Assembly (NCBI GenBank): GCA_963666975.2 | Contig: CAXVYR010000003.1 | Coordinates: 832,001 to 896,000 of the forward strand | DNA from: Terriglobia bacterium | GTDB taxonomy: Bacteria; Acidobacteriota; Terriglobia; 2-12-FULL-54-10 | Reading direction: 5' to 3' | DNA: 64,000 bases | Shown here: positions 1 through 9,765 of the stretch, in pieces | Numbering within the stretch: the first letter of the stretch is position 1 | Layout of the letters: each line of letters begins with the position of its first letter | Position numbers and translations under genes: made by a program | The notes under the pieces: generated by a model | Told to the model about the DNA's origin: nothing | The model's input: only the letters and a program-made list of their open reading frames with translations | Database searches by the model: none

Positions 1-107
1 AAGTCAAAAAACATTCGTATTATCTAAAACCGGGCGAGAAACGACGAGTCAAGGCAGCATTAGCGCGCAAGCGAAACCGCAAAAAGACCAGACGCGACTT
101 CGACTAA
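1..107 (+). CDS. rpsU: 30S ribosomal protein S21, 3' part (runs off window start)
   Basis: Frame from nt 3 reads VKKHSYYLKPGEKRRVKAALARKRNRKKTRRDFD*, a typical bS21 C-terminus; not in the ORF track. Confidence 0.85.
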   Translation, partial: VKKHSYYLKPGEKRRVKAALARKRNRKKTRRDFD

Positions 108-262
108 TCTCCGATGGTGCAGTTGGACGGAATACTCTTTGGCTCAGTTTGAGCGGGCCAAGGGGGAACCGTCAGATGGTTTTCCGAGGTCCTGATCCAG
201 TTAGGCTGCTGGCGTTACCGGCACGTCGAAACTCTGGGAATTTCGGGGGGGGACTCAAATCC

Positions 263-583
263 ATGGCGGAAAATGCGGAATATCAAGATCGAACCTTGAA
301 GTGCGTGGACTGCGGTGAGGATTTCGTCTTCACGGCAGGAGAACAGACTTTCTTCGCCGATAAGCATTTCCGGAATGATCCGAAGCGGTGCAAGACCTGC
401 AAGGCGAAGCGGAATCAATCGGCATCGGGCGGCGGCCAGCGGGCGGAGACCACTACGGTCTGTTCGCAATGCGGGAAAGAAACTACAGTGCCCTTCCGGC
501 CAACACAGGGCCGGCCGGTTTTTTGCAGGGAGTGTTTCCAGCAACATCGGGTGGCATCCGCTTCGGCCGGGCAGATCCAATAA
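263..583 (+). CDS. Zinc-ribbon / CxxC-x17-CxxC domain protein
   Basis: DRTLKCVDCGEDFVFTAGEQ..PKRCKTC plus CSQCG-x-VPFRP-x-RPVFCRECF; ATG at 263. Confidence 0.85.
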   Translation: MAENAEYQDRTLKCVDCGEDFVFTAGEQTFFADKHFRNDPKRCKTCKAKRNQSASGGGQRAETTTVCSQCGKETTVPFRPTQGRPVFCRECFQQHRVASASAGQIQ

Positions 584-739
584 TTGATTGAGCACGTCGC
601 TACGTCTCGTTCCCTCCCCTGTGGGTTTATGTATCGGGATGGCGGGTGCATTGTGTGCCCGAAGCGCCTGTTGCGCATTTTTTCGCACCTTCCTCAATAA
701 TTCCCTGCAATTCTCTGCTCGGTTCATTCAAGCTAAGGG

Positions 740-2182
740 ATGCCCAGTTTTCATACCATCAACTACGGATGCCGCGCCAATCAGGCGGACGGAGCCGCGC
801 TGGAAAAGGATCTCTCCAACCGCGGCTTCCAAGCCGTCAGCGACCGTTCCCGCGCGGACATCGTAGTCGTGAATAGCTGTACCGTGACGGCTGCCGCTGA
901 CTATGACGTGCGGAAGACGGTGCGAAGGATTCAGCGCGAAAACCCTGCGGCACAAATCCTGGTGACCGGCTGTTATGCCCAGCGCAGCCCGCAGGAGTTG
1001 GCCGCTTTGCCCGGCGTCCAATGGATCATGGGCAATTCCCATAAAACAAAGATCGGGCCCATTCTCTCCCGCGAATTCCCTTCCGCCAGCCCGGATCATC
1101 ATTTCCTGCCCTTGCAAGCGCTGAATGCTCCCGCTTTGGAGGGTGAATCCGGATTGAACGATGACCTCCAAAAGCTGGGGACCACGGCTCCTGCCAGCAC
1201 CCCCTTCGCCCCAAAGATTTTTGCCGGTGATATCCAGTCGCAGTACCAGCTTCTGATGGCCCCCGTCTTCGGCGCCGCCGGGGAGCGGACCCGTCCCAAC
1301 CTGAAGCTTCAGGATGGCTGTAACAATCGCTGCTCATTTTGCATTATCCCCTCCGTGCGCGGACGCAGCCGCAGCCTGCCGCTCACAGCCGTCCTGGAGC
1401 ATGTCGGCTCGCTCTGCAAGGCTGGCTACCGGGAGGTGGTCCTTTCGGGCATTAACCTGGGCCGCTACGGACGCGACCTGCCGGGAAACCACGGCTTGCG
1501 TCAAATGGTTCGCACCATCCTGGATGAAACTCCCGTCGAGCGGCTGCGGCTAAGCTCTGTGGAGCCGATGGATTTCAGCAACGCGCTGCTCGACCTGATG
1601 GCATCCTCTCCCCGCATTGCCAAACACGTCCACGCTCCGTTGCAGAGCGGCTCGGACCGAATCCTGCGGCTGATGTACCGCAAATACCATCCGCACAACT
1701 ATCGGGACCGTATCCTGGCCGCTTATCAGTTCATGCCGAACGCCGCCTTTGGCGCCGACGTAATGGTGGGATTTCCGGGCGAGTCGGAAGAGGACTTTGA
1801 ACTAACGCGCAGCTTTATCGACTCCCTTCCCTTTACCTATCTGCACGTCTTTCCCTTTTCCCGGCGTCCCGGCACGCTGGCCGACAAAATGGCCGGTCAG
1901 GTCAACGGCGCCCTCATACGGAAGCGGGGCCGCATCCTGCGCGAGTTGGCGGCGGAAAAGAATTGCCAGTTTCGGCAACGGCAGGCAGGCCGAACCCTTT
2001 CGGCAATCACCCTGGGGGAGGAGACTCCCGGCGGCACCATCGCGCTGAGCGATAATTACCTGAAGGTATTGATTGCGGGCAAGCGGTTAGCTGCGAACAG
2101 AATCGTTTCTGTCAGAATTTCCGGCCTGACTGCGGATGGCTTGCTAGGCGAGTTGGAACCAGCCGAACCTTCCCGGACTTAA
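740..2182 (+). CDS. mtaB: tRNA t6A37 methylthiotransferase (MiaB-family radical SAM)
   Basis: GCRANQAD, VVNSCTVT, VTGCYAQ, QDGCNNRCSFC motifs; DVMVGFPGE. Confidence 0.85.
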   Translation: MPSFHTINYGCRANQADGAALEKDLSNRGFQAVSDRSRADIVVVNSCTVTAAADYDVRKTVRRIQRENPAAQILVTGCYAQRSPQELAALPGVQWIMGNSHKTKIGPILSREFPSASPDHHFLPLQALNAPALEGESGLNDDLQKLGTTAPASTPFAPKIFAGDIQSQYQLLMAPVFGAAGERTRPNLKLQDGCNNRCSFCIIPSVRGRSRSLPLTAVLEHVGSLCKAGYREVVLSGINLGRYGRDLPGNHGLRQMVRTILDETPVERLRLSSVEPMDFSNALLDLMASSPRIAKHVHAPLQSGSDRILRLMYRKYHPHNYRDRILAAYQFMPNAAFGADVMVGFPGESEEDFELTRSFIDSLPFTYLHVFPFSRRPGTLADKMAGQVNGALIRKRGRILRELAAEKNCQFRQRQAGRTLSAITLGEETPGGTIALSDNYLKVLIAGKRLAANRIVSVRISGLTADGLLGELEPAEPSRT

Positions 2183-2210
2183 CCCTTCCAGGATTTAACC
2201 CTTCCAGGAC

Positions 2211-2606
2211 TTAACCCTCTGCCGGACTTTTTCCTTCGATCATTACTTCCGCCAGAGCAATAGTGCGGGTGTGGGTGATGGAGAGAACGATATGGGCACC
2301 GCCCATGCCCTGGAAGACTTCCAGAGCCCGGCCGGAGAGCTTCAGGATCGGTTTTCCCCCTTTCCTATTGGCGATCTCCATGTCACGCCATGTGATGCCG
2401 CGCCGTAATCCGGTCCCCAGGGCTTTCATAGTCGCTTCCTTGGCTGCAAAGCGGGCGGCAAAACGCTCGTAGGAATTGCGGCGGCTCCGGCAATAGGCGA
2501 TTTCAGTTTGTGTGAACACACGGTTCAGGAACCGCTCGCCGTGGCGCTCCACGGCAGCCTTTATCCGCGAAACCTCCGCAATGTCCACGCCCAAGCCAAG
2601 GATCAT
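2211..2606 (-). CDS. acpS: Holo-[acyl-carrier-protein] synthase
   Basis: MILGLGVDI, ARFAAKEA..KALGTG, LSITH motifs. Confidence 0.93.
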   Translation of the reverse strand: MILGLGVDIAEVSRIKAAVERHGERFLNRVFTQTEIAYCRSRRNSYERFAARFAAKEATMKALGTGLRRGITWRDMEIANRKGGKPILKLSGRALEVFQGMGGAHIVLSITHTRTIALAEVMIEGKSPAEG

Positions 2607-2779
2607 AAAAGGCTGCCGTGCCCTCACTAACCGCCTGAATCTGTGCCTAACCGAAACTGACCCGCTACCCGCTTCTTTGACGGCTGCTCCGGCCAAAGTA
2701 TACCATTTAGGTGGAGCGGGGCATGGTATGTGGAATATCCGCCGCGTTTGCCCCGCCCGGTAACGAAAGGTCTCTGCAG

Positions 2780-3709
2780 ATGCTGCTTCAAGTTCCCCGA
2801 TTGGCTCGACTGCCATGGCTCGTCCACGGCTTCAGCACACGGCGCGGAGGCGTAAGCCGCCTGCCTAACTCCCGAACAGGTTCCGCTCCCGGCAAAGAGT
2901 TGAACCTCGCAAAGATCATAGGAGACAGTGCGCGGAACGTAGCCGAAAACCGGCGGCGGCTGATGGTCCGGCTCCGGGCAAAAAAAATGCAACTCGTGAC
3001 ACAGCGGCAGGTCCATTCGGATTTGATCCACGTAGTGAACTCTTCTCTTCCCTCAGATTTTCCCTCGGCAGGCGACGGATTGCTGACGGACCGCGCCGGG
3101 CTGTTGCTCTCGGTAGTGGTGGCCGACTGCCTGCCGATTCTGTTAGTCGACACAAAACAGCGAGTGGTCGCGGCGCTCCACTGCGGCTGGAGAGGAACGG
3201 TGCGGCGCATCGCACAAAAGGGCGTGGGACTGATGAAACAAACCTACGGCTCGCGCGAGCGGGACCTGCGGGCCGCCATCGGGCCGGGCATCCGGGTCTG
3301 CTGCTACAGGGTCGGCGAGGAGGTGCGGGATGAGTTTGAAGGACAGTTTTCCTACGCCTCGCAGCTTTTTGTGATTTGCAAGGAACCGAGCCCCTTGCAA
3401 ATAAGGTATCCGCTTCTTTTCCACTACAACCCGGAGTCGCACGCCGCCTTTGACAATCCGTTGTATCTCGACTTGGTACAGGCCAACATTCTTCAGCTCC
3501 GGGAGGCCGGTGTTCCTGCCACCCACATTTACGCCGACGCCCCCTGCACCAGTTGCAACCCGCAGTTGTTTTTTTCCCACCGCCGCGACGCCGGGCAAAC
3601 GAACCGCCCAACAGGCCGAATGATGGGGGTGGTGGGCATCCGGGACATGCCGGCACGCAAAGCAATATCTGCCCGGGAGAAAAGTTGGAGCATCATAGTT
3701 TGTCTATAG
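2780..3709 (+). CDS. pgeF: Peptidoglycan editing factor / YfiH-family nucleoside phosphorylase
   Basis: HGFSTRRGG, QVHS, ADCLPIL, HCGWRG, IGPGI..CCY, CTSC..FFSHRR; start chosen by GAAAGG RBS. Confidence 0.88.
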   Translation: MLLQVPRLARLPWLVHGFSTRRGGVSRLPNSRTGSAPGKELNLAKIIGDSARNVAENRRRLMVRLRAKKMQLVTQRQVHSDLIHVVNSSLPSDFPSAGDGLLTDRAGLLLSVVVADCLPILLVDTKQRVVAALHCGWRGTVRRIAQKGVGLMKQTYGSRERDLRAAIGPGIRVCCYRVGEEVRDEFEGQFSYASQLFVICKEPSPLQIRYPLLFHYNPESHAAFDNPLYLDLVQANILQLREAGVPATHIYADAPCTSCNPQLFFSHRRDAGQTNRPTGRMMGVVGIRDMPARKAISAREKSWSIIVCL

Positions 3710-3721
3710 TGTTCGTGTATA

Positions 3722-3846
3722 GTCAGAGCCGCGCGCGTCTGTCCCGCCTGCCCTGAGCGAAGCCGAGGGATCAGCATACGGTCTCCGAATACCCGGTGAA
3801 CAAGTAAAGCTTGGTTGACCGCTCCCTCGCGGTCGCGGCTCGGATG
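3722..3846. repeat. REP-like imperfect palindrome
   Basis: agagccgcgcgcgtc ... cgctccctcgcggtcgcggctc arms with an internal cctgagcgaagccgaggg motif, between convergent genes. Confidence 0.5.
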
Positions 3847-3899
3847 ACTCACCAACAACACGCTTTACAGCAACTCTGAAGGTCTAGTTTGTGGTGAAA

Positions 3900-4445
3900 T
3901 TAGAACAGGTTGTCAATCTTGATCTGAAAACCAGACAGCAGGTGGCTCTCGAAGGTGTCGCCGGAAGCAAACTGCCGGGCGAGTTGAAGGCCTTCCCCGC
4001 TCCGCCGGTAGAGTTCCATGGTCCGTGTCTCCGGGTCCGCAATCCAGTATTCCTGAACGCCGAACTGCGAGTACACGGCCAGCTTCCGTCTGCGGTCCTT
4101 ATCGGCGGTGCTTGGAGAAAGAACCTCCACCAACAGGTCGGGAGCGCCTTCGATTCTTTCTTTCGCCACTTCGCTGACCCGCTCCTTGCTCACAAACAGA
4201 ATATCCGGCTGCAGCACCGTATACTGGTTGAAGATGGTGTCCAGCGGCGCAATGTAAACCTTGCCAAGCGATTTCTGCTCCACATAGGCCAATAGCCAAG
4301 CATAGAGTTTCCCGACAATCTCCTGATGGTGCGCTGTAGGCGAAGGCGTCATAACCAATTCTCCGTCGAAGAGCTCGTACTGGTTCCGGTCCTCGGGCAG
4401 GAGGCAATACTCGTCGTAGGTCATCTTTGTGGCGGAGGATTTCAT
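3900..4445 (-). CDS. Uma2 (DUF820) family endonuclease
   Basis: YELFDGEL..PSP..HQ, QPDILF, APDLLVEVLSPST..D..K..Y..GVQEYWI. Confidence 0.92.
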   Translation of the reverse strand: MKSSATKMTYDEYCLLPEDRNQYELFDGELVMTPSPTAHHQEIVGKLYAWLLAYVEQKSLGKVYIAPLDTIFNQYTVLQPDILFVSKERVSEVAKERIEGAPDLLVEVLSPSTADKDRRRKLAVYSQFGVQEYWIADPETRTMELYRRSGEGLQLARQFASGDTFESHLLSGFQIKIDNLF

Positions 4446-4512
4446 GAAACCAATTGTAGCATGGCGGAACGCAAGTCGATTGGGCTGAGCTTCTTTTGAA
4501 CTGCCAGGAACG

Positions 4513-5547
4513 CTAGACCTCGGCAAGCTTCAACTGCCCACAGGCGGCGAAGATATCCCGGCCACGCGGCTTGCGGATGTAGGCGGGCACTCCCTTACGA
4601 ATCAGTATCTGCTGAAAGCGGACAATCAGTTCATCCGGAGGTGTCTTGAACGGCAGTTCCGGACCTGGATTCATGCCGATCAGATTTACCTTGCAGGAGA
4701 TTCCCTGCACCAGCCGGCACAGACGCCTGGCATCGTCTGTGGTGTCGTTGACTCCCGCAAGCAGGACGTACTCAAACGTCAATTTCTCCCTGGCGCGCAG
4801 TGGAAACTCGCGGCAAGCCCGCAGCAACTCCTGAAGCGGCCATTTCCGGTTGATCGGTATGAGGCTGTCTCGCATCACATCGGTCGTGGCGCTCAGGGAG
4901 ACGGCAAGTTGTGGGCGGACTCTCTCCATACCAAGTTTCTCGATACCGGGAACAATACCGGAGGTGGAAAGCGTCATCCGCCGGGTGGAAAGGCCTATAC
5001 CTTCCGTGTCCGACAGTAACCGCACTGCCTCCAGCGTATTCTCATAGTTCAAAAGCGGTTCGCCCATCCCCATGAAAACCAGGTTCAGCCGTTCTGTTGA
5101 CCGGGAAGCATTCTTCTCGGTTAGCAGCAACACTTGGCCGGCAATCTCTCCCGGCGTCAAGTTCCGGCTGAAGCCCATCAACCCCGTCAGGCAAAATTGG
5201 CAGTCCACCGCGCATCCAACCTGGGTGGAGAGACAGATCGTCGTCCGCGCCGGCTCGGGCATCCGCACCGCTTCAATCCGGCTGCCATCGGCTAGCCGCA
5301 GCAGATAGCGGGAGGTTCCATCGGCGCTTTGGAACTTTTTCTCCAACTGCGGCAGAGTAGCTTGAAACTCGTGAGCCAATCGCTCCCGCAAAGCGGCCGG
5401 AAGGGGCAATATCTTTTTCATGTCCCATTGCTGCTCGTGATAGAGGGCGTGATAAAGCTGGCGGCCCCGGTAAGGCGGCTCACCTATGGCAGTCAAGAGT
5501 TGCTGCATCTGCTGTGCGGAGAGACCGATTAGTTCTTTCTTTGGCAT
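4513..5547 (-). CDS. rlmN: 23S rRNA (A2503)-C2 methyltransferase
   Basis: CLSTQVGCAVDCQFC, MGMGEPL, FEYVLL, AACGQL. Confidence 0.95.
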   Translation of the reverse strand: MPKKELIGLSAQQMQQLLTAIGEPPYRGRQLYHALYHEQQWDMKKILPLPAALRERLAHEFQATLPQLEKKFQSADGTSRYLLRLADGSRIEAVRMPEPARTTICLSTQVGCAVDCQFCLTGLMGFSRNLTPGEIAGQVLLLTEKNASRSTERLNLVFMGMGEPLLNYENTLEAVRLLSDTEGIGLSTRRMTLSTSGIVPGIEKLGMERVRPQLAVSLSATTDVMRDSLIPINRKWPLQELLRACREFPLRAREKLTFEYVLLAGVNDTTDDARRLCRLVQGISCKVNLIGMNPGPELPFKTPPDELIVRFQQILIRKGVPAYIRKPRGRDIFAACGQLKLAEV

Positions 5548-5868
5548 ATAAATCCCGCTTTTGATTCTAACAGATGCCGGAACCTGCGACCGGCAGAAGC
5601 CGCCCGGCCAATTTTCTGCATCTCATGAATATGCGTATAGGAGTTTTGATCCGGGAGGCTGAAATTAAGAAAATCCACATAACTCATTGCAAACAAAATG
5701 ATTAAATCTCTGTAGATTTACTGGTATTTGCAGGTATGGGTGGGAGATAATAGTATTGTAGGGTTGGACCTGGAAGCGCACCACTGGAAGCGCACCAGAA
5801 GTTACTTCCTGGCGGAACAGTATCCCAGCCTACTCCCTGATTGAAGACCCCCCATCGGAGACAATGCT

Positions 5869-7134
5869 ATGCGAAATATTCAGAAAGCAATCCTTCCCAA
5901 CGGCCTGGCCGTTCTCACCGAGTCCATGCCCCATGTGCGTTCCGTCTCCGTGGGCATCTGGCTCGGCACAGGTTCGCGCCAGGAGCAGCCGGAGAGAAAC
6001 GGCATTTCCCATTTTATCGAGCACATGGTCTTCAAGGGAACCAAAACCCGGACAGCCGAGCAGATTGCTCGTTCGGTGGATTCGATTGGCGGGCACATGG
6101 ATGCCTTTACCGCCAAGGAATGCGTCAGCTTCAACGCCGTTGTTCTGGATGATCAACTGGAGACGGCATTTGATGTTCTGAGCGACTTGGTGCTGCATCC
6201 CCTTTTCCAGCAAGAAGAAATCAGCCGGGAACGCGGCGTGATCCTCGAAGAGATCAAATCGGAACAAGACAACCCGGACTATCTGCTGCACGAGATTTTT
6301 ACGCAGAATTTCTGGAAAGGACATGCTATCGGCAAGCCCATCCTGGGCACTCGGGAAACCGTCGGCCGGTTGAAGCAAGATGTGATCCAGGAACAGTTTG
6401 CGCGGATTTACAGGCCGAACAACATGGTCATTTCCGCTGCCGGACATCTGGAGCATTCCCATCTGCTGCAATTGGCCGAGCAACGCTTTCATTCCTTAAA
6501 GAAACAGGAGATGCAACTGCCGGACTCGCAACCGGCTACCCATTCCCGGATCACCTTGCGCAATAAAAAATCCCTGGAGCAGGTGCATCTCTGCTTGGGG
6601 GTACCCTCCTATCCCATGTCGCACGATGGCCGGTATGCGTGCTATGTATTGAACACGCTTCTCGGCGGCGGCATGAGTTCCCGCCTGTTCCAAAACATCC
6701 GCGAAAGACAGGGCCTCGCCTACTCGGTGTTCTCCGATCTGGTCCCTTATAAAGACACAGGATGTCTTTTCGTCTACGCCGGCACCTCTCCGGAAACGGC
6801 CGCACAGGTAGTCCGCAGCATCGTGCAGGAATTCCGGGAGTTGAAAGAAAACGCCGTCGATCCGGAAGAACTGCGCCGTGCCAAGGACCATCTCAAGGGA
6901 AGCCTGATGCTGGGCCTGGAATCCACCGGCAGCCGCATGTACAGCTTGGCCCGCCAGTATATGAATTTCGGCAAGTTCTTCACTCTGGATGAAATTATTG
7001 CTAAGATCGAAGCCGTCACCGCCGAGGATCTGACCCGGATCGCCCGGATGTTTTTCCGGACCGATGACATTGCCCTTACCGTTCTCGGCAGGCTGGATGG
7101 ACTCAAGATCGACAGGGAGATGCTGGTCTGCTAA
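5869..7134 (+). CDS. M16 family zinc peptidase
   Basis: HFIEH inverted zinc motif; GGGMSSRLFQ.IRE..GLAYSV. Confidence 0.93.
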   Translation: MRNIQKAILPNGLAVLTESMPHVRSVSVGIWLGTGSRQEQPERNGISHFIEHMVFKGTKTRTAEQIARSVDSIGGHMDAFTAKECVSFNAVVLDDQLETAFDVLSDLVLHPLFQQEEISRERGVILEEIKSEQDNPDYLLHEIFTQNFWKGHAIGKPILGTRETVGRLKQDVIQEQFARIYRPNNMVISAAGHLEHSHLLQLAEQRFHSLKKQEMQLPDSQPATHSRITLRNKKSLEQVHLCLGVPSYPMSHDGRYACYVLNTLLGGGMSSRLFQNIRERQGLAYSVFSDLVPYKDTGCLFVYAGTSPETAAQVVRSIVQEFRELKENAVDPEELRRAKDHLKGSLMLGLESTGSRMYSLARQYMNFGKFFTLDEIIAKIEAVTAEDLTRIARMFFRTDDIALTVLGRLDGLKIDREMLVC

Positions 7135-7332
7135 GTTTGGAGGCGTCTCCGAACTTCCGCCAGCAGCTTCCGATTGTTTTGACGACTAGCCGGTCGAGTC
7201 CTGCGCGGTGTTCCGTCCGGGGTCTCTGCCGGTCGCAGAGGAAACCGCTTGTCGCTTTGTCCATGAACGATCCATGAGGGTTTTTCTCGGTAATCTTTCC
7301 GAGGTCGGTTAGGAGGAGCCATTAGCATTCGC

Positions 7333-8097
7333 ATGGCCGTGCTGGGAAGCGGCAGTTCCGGCAATTGCACTTTCCTGGCGACAGAGCGTGTCAAGGTCTT
7401 GATCGACGCCGGACTCAGCGGACGGGATACCTTACGGCGGCTGGCTTCTATCGGTGAGAAACCGGAATCTCTCCAGGCAATTCTGGTTACCCACGAGCAC
7501 TCGGACCACATCAGCGGCTTAGCCCGTTTGGCGAGCCATTACAAGATTCCGGTTTACATTTCTACCCAAACGCAGGCCGTGCTGCCGCCGCGAGTGAAAC
7601 TCCCGGCGGTCGAAACCATCCAGGCCGGCAAGCAATTCGAGATCGGCGACCTCACCATCGAGCCATTCACCATTCCCCACGACGCCGCTGATCCGGTCGC
7701 TTTCCGTCTCACCGCGGACGGGATACGCGTAGCGGTGGTGACCGATCTGGGCTACATCCCGGAGAACGTGAAATACTATCTCCGTAGCTGCCATTGTCTG
7801 GTCATGGAAGCCAACCACGACCTGGAAATGCTCCGCAACGGCCCCTACCCATGGTTCGTCAAGCAGCGGGTGATGAGCCGGGACGGCCATCTTTCGAATC
7901 ACGCGCTCAGCGACTTCCTGAGCAACGACTTTGACGGCGCCGCGCAGGTGCTGGTGCTGGCCCACTTGAGCGAATGCAACAATCACCCGGAGATCGCGCG
8001 CATGGCGGCGACCTCGGCGCTGGAGGCGCAAAACGGCCGCGAGACCAAGCTGGCCGTCAGCTCGCAGCAACAGCCGACCGCGATGTTCCGGTTTTGA
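7333..8097 (+). CDS. MBL-fold metallohydrolase (YycJ/WalJ-like)
   Basis: SGSSGN, THEHSDH, PHDA, EANHD, GHLSN, LAHLS. Confidence 0.9.
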   Translation: MAVLGSGSSGNCTFLATERVKVLIDAGLSGRDTLRRLASIGEKPESLQAILVTHEHSDHISGLARLASHYKIPVYISTQTQAVLPPRVKLPAVETIQAGKQFEIGDLTIEPFTIPHDAADPVAFRLTADGIRVAVVTDLGYIPENVKYYLRSCHCLVMEANHDLEMLRNGPYPWFVKQRVMSRDGHLSNHALSDFLSNDFDGAAQVLVLAHLSECNNHPEIARMAATSALEAQNGRETKLAVSSQQQPTAMFRF

Positions 8098-8107
8098 GGA
8101 ATCCCCA

Positions 8108-9424
8108 TTGATCGATCGCTACACACGCCCGCCGATGGCCCAAATCTGGGCGGAGGAGAATAAGTTCCGCAAGTGGCTGGAGGTGGAGCTTGCCGCAGCG
8201 GATGTTCTGGCCGAGCACGGAGAAATTCCCGCCGAGGCGGCCCGCACCATGCGCCAGGGCGCGCGGTTTGAGCTGAAACGCATCGAAGAGATCGAGGCCG
8301 AGGTAAAACACGACGTAGTGGCCTTCACCACGGCAGTGGCGGAAAATCTGGGCCCGGAGTCCCGCTACCTGCACTTCGGCCTGACCTCGAACGACGTGGT
8401 GGACACGGCGCAGGCGCTCCGTGTGCAAAGCGCCTCCCAACTCATCCTCGAAGGTCTTCGCAAATTGGGAGAGGTCCTGCAGCGGCGCGCGCTGGAGTTC
8501 AAAGATACCGTCATGGTGGGCCGTACCCACGGCGTTCACGCCGAACCGATTACTTTCGGCTTGAAGCTCGCCAACTGGTATTCGGAAAACTCCCGCAACT
8601 TGGCCCGCATGGAGCGCGCGGCTGAGGAGATGGCGGTGGGGAAAATCTCCGGCGCGGTGGGCACCTTTGCGCACGTAGGACCGGAGATCGAAACCGCCAT
8701 CTGCCGGAAGCTGGGGCTGCGTCCGGCGGCGATCTCCAGCCAGGTGATCCAGCGCGACCGTCACGCCCATTACTTGGCGACACTGGCTGTGCTGGCATCG
8801 TCGCTGGATAAGATCGCCACCGAGATTCGTTCGCTCCAGCGCACCGAGGTCCGCGAGGCGGAAGAGTACTTCGGAGGCTCGCAAAAAGGCTCCTCAGCGA
8901 TGCCGCACAAGCGGAATCCGGTCGGCTGCGAGCAGATCAGCGGCTTGGCACGCGTGGTGAGGTCCAATGCACAGGCGGCGTTTGAAAACGTGGCGCTGTG
9001 GCACGAGCGCGATATCTCCCACTCCTCGGTGGAGCGCGTCATCCTGCCCGACAGCACCATCCTGGCGGACTACCTGCTCGACCGCACCTGCCGGATCGTG
9101 GAAAAGCTGCGAGTTTACCCCGAGCGGATGCGGGCCAACCTGGAAATGACGCGCGGCCTGGTCTTCTCCGGCCAGTTGCTGCTGGACCTGGCAGCCAAAG
9201 GCGTCTTGCGGGAAGAGGCATATCTCTGGGTACAGCGCAACGCCATGCGCGCCTGGGAAAACGGAGACGACTTCCGCAAGCTGGTGGAGGCAGACGCCGA
9301 TATCTCCCGCGCGCTTTCCTCCGGAGAAATCGCAGCGTCGTTTGATCTGCGCCGCCACCTCCGCCACGTGGACGCCATCTTCGCCAGGGTGTTTGCAAAA
9401 CAGAGCCCGACGCAGAGCTTCTGA
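8108..9424 (+). CDS. purB: Adenylosuccinate lyase
   Basis: MIDRY, KHDVVAF, GRTHGVHAEP, GSSAMPHKRNP signature; TTG start. Confidence 0.96.
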   Translation: MIDRYTRPPMAQIWAEENKFRKWLEVELAAADVLAEHGEIPAEAARTMRQGARFELKRIEEIEAEVKHDVVAFTTAVAENLGPESRYLHFGLTSNDVVDTAQALRVQSASQLILEGLRKLGEVLQRRALEFKDTVMVGRTHGVHAEPITFGLKLANWYSENSRNLARMERAAEEMAVGKISGAVGTFAHVGPEIETAICRKLGLRPAAISSQVIQRDRHAHYLATLAVLASSLDKIATEIRSLQRTEVREAEEYFGGSQKGSSAMPHKRNPVGCEQISGLARVVRSNAQAAFENVALWHERDISHSSVERVILPDSTILADYLLDRTCRIVEKLRVYPERMRANLEMTRGLVFSGQLLLDLAAKGVLREEAYLWVQRNAMRAWENGDDFRKLVEADADISRALSSGEIAASFDLRRHLRHVDAIFARVFAKQSPTQSF

Positions 9425-9499
9425 GGATCATGGCGTGCTGTTTTCCCTGCTCCGCCTGTTTTACTCCTGTACCCGTGCCAAGAAACCAACGATGAAAAA

Positions 9500-9695
9500 G
9501 TAGTGGGTCAATTTCCATGTCAGGGCACGGTTTTAACCGTGCCGATCACGAGGCACCGAAGAGCGGCTTTAGCCGCTGAGGTTGATTTCCCTCAGGGGCT
9601 AAAGCCCTTCTGGTAACGGCTATCTAACGGCACGGTTAAAACCGTGCCCTGACAAATCGTGTGACGCTGTGCCTAACGGAAACTGACCCGCTACC
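9500..9695. repeat. Nested palindromic REP/MITE-like element
   Basis: Outer IR gtagtgggtcaatttc/gaaactgacccgctac; perfect IR tgtcagggcacggttttaaccgtgccg/cggcacggttaaaaccgtgccctgaca; inner ggctttagcc..ctgagg/cctcag..ggctaaagcc. Confidence 0.8.
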
Positions 9696-9765
9696 GGTTC
9701 AAAGATTCAGATGACACCGAACCTTTTTTTTACTAAAATTTCATAATAAGTCTTTTGGTGATTGT

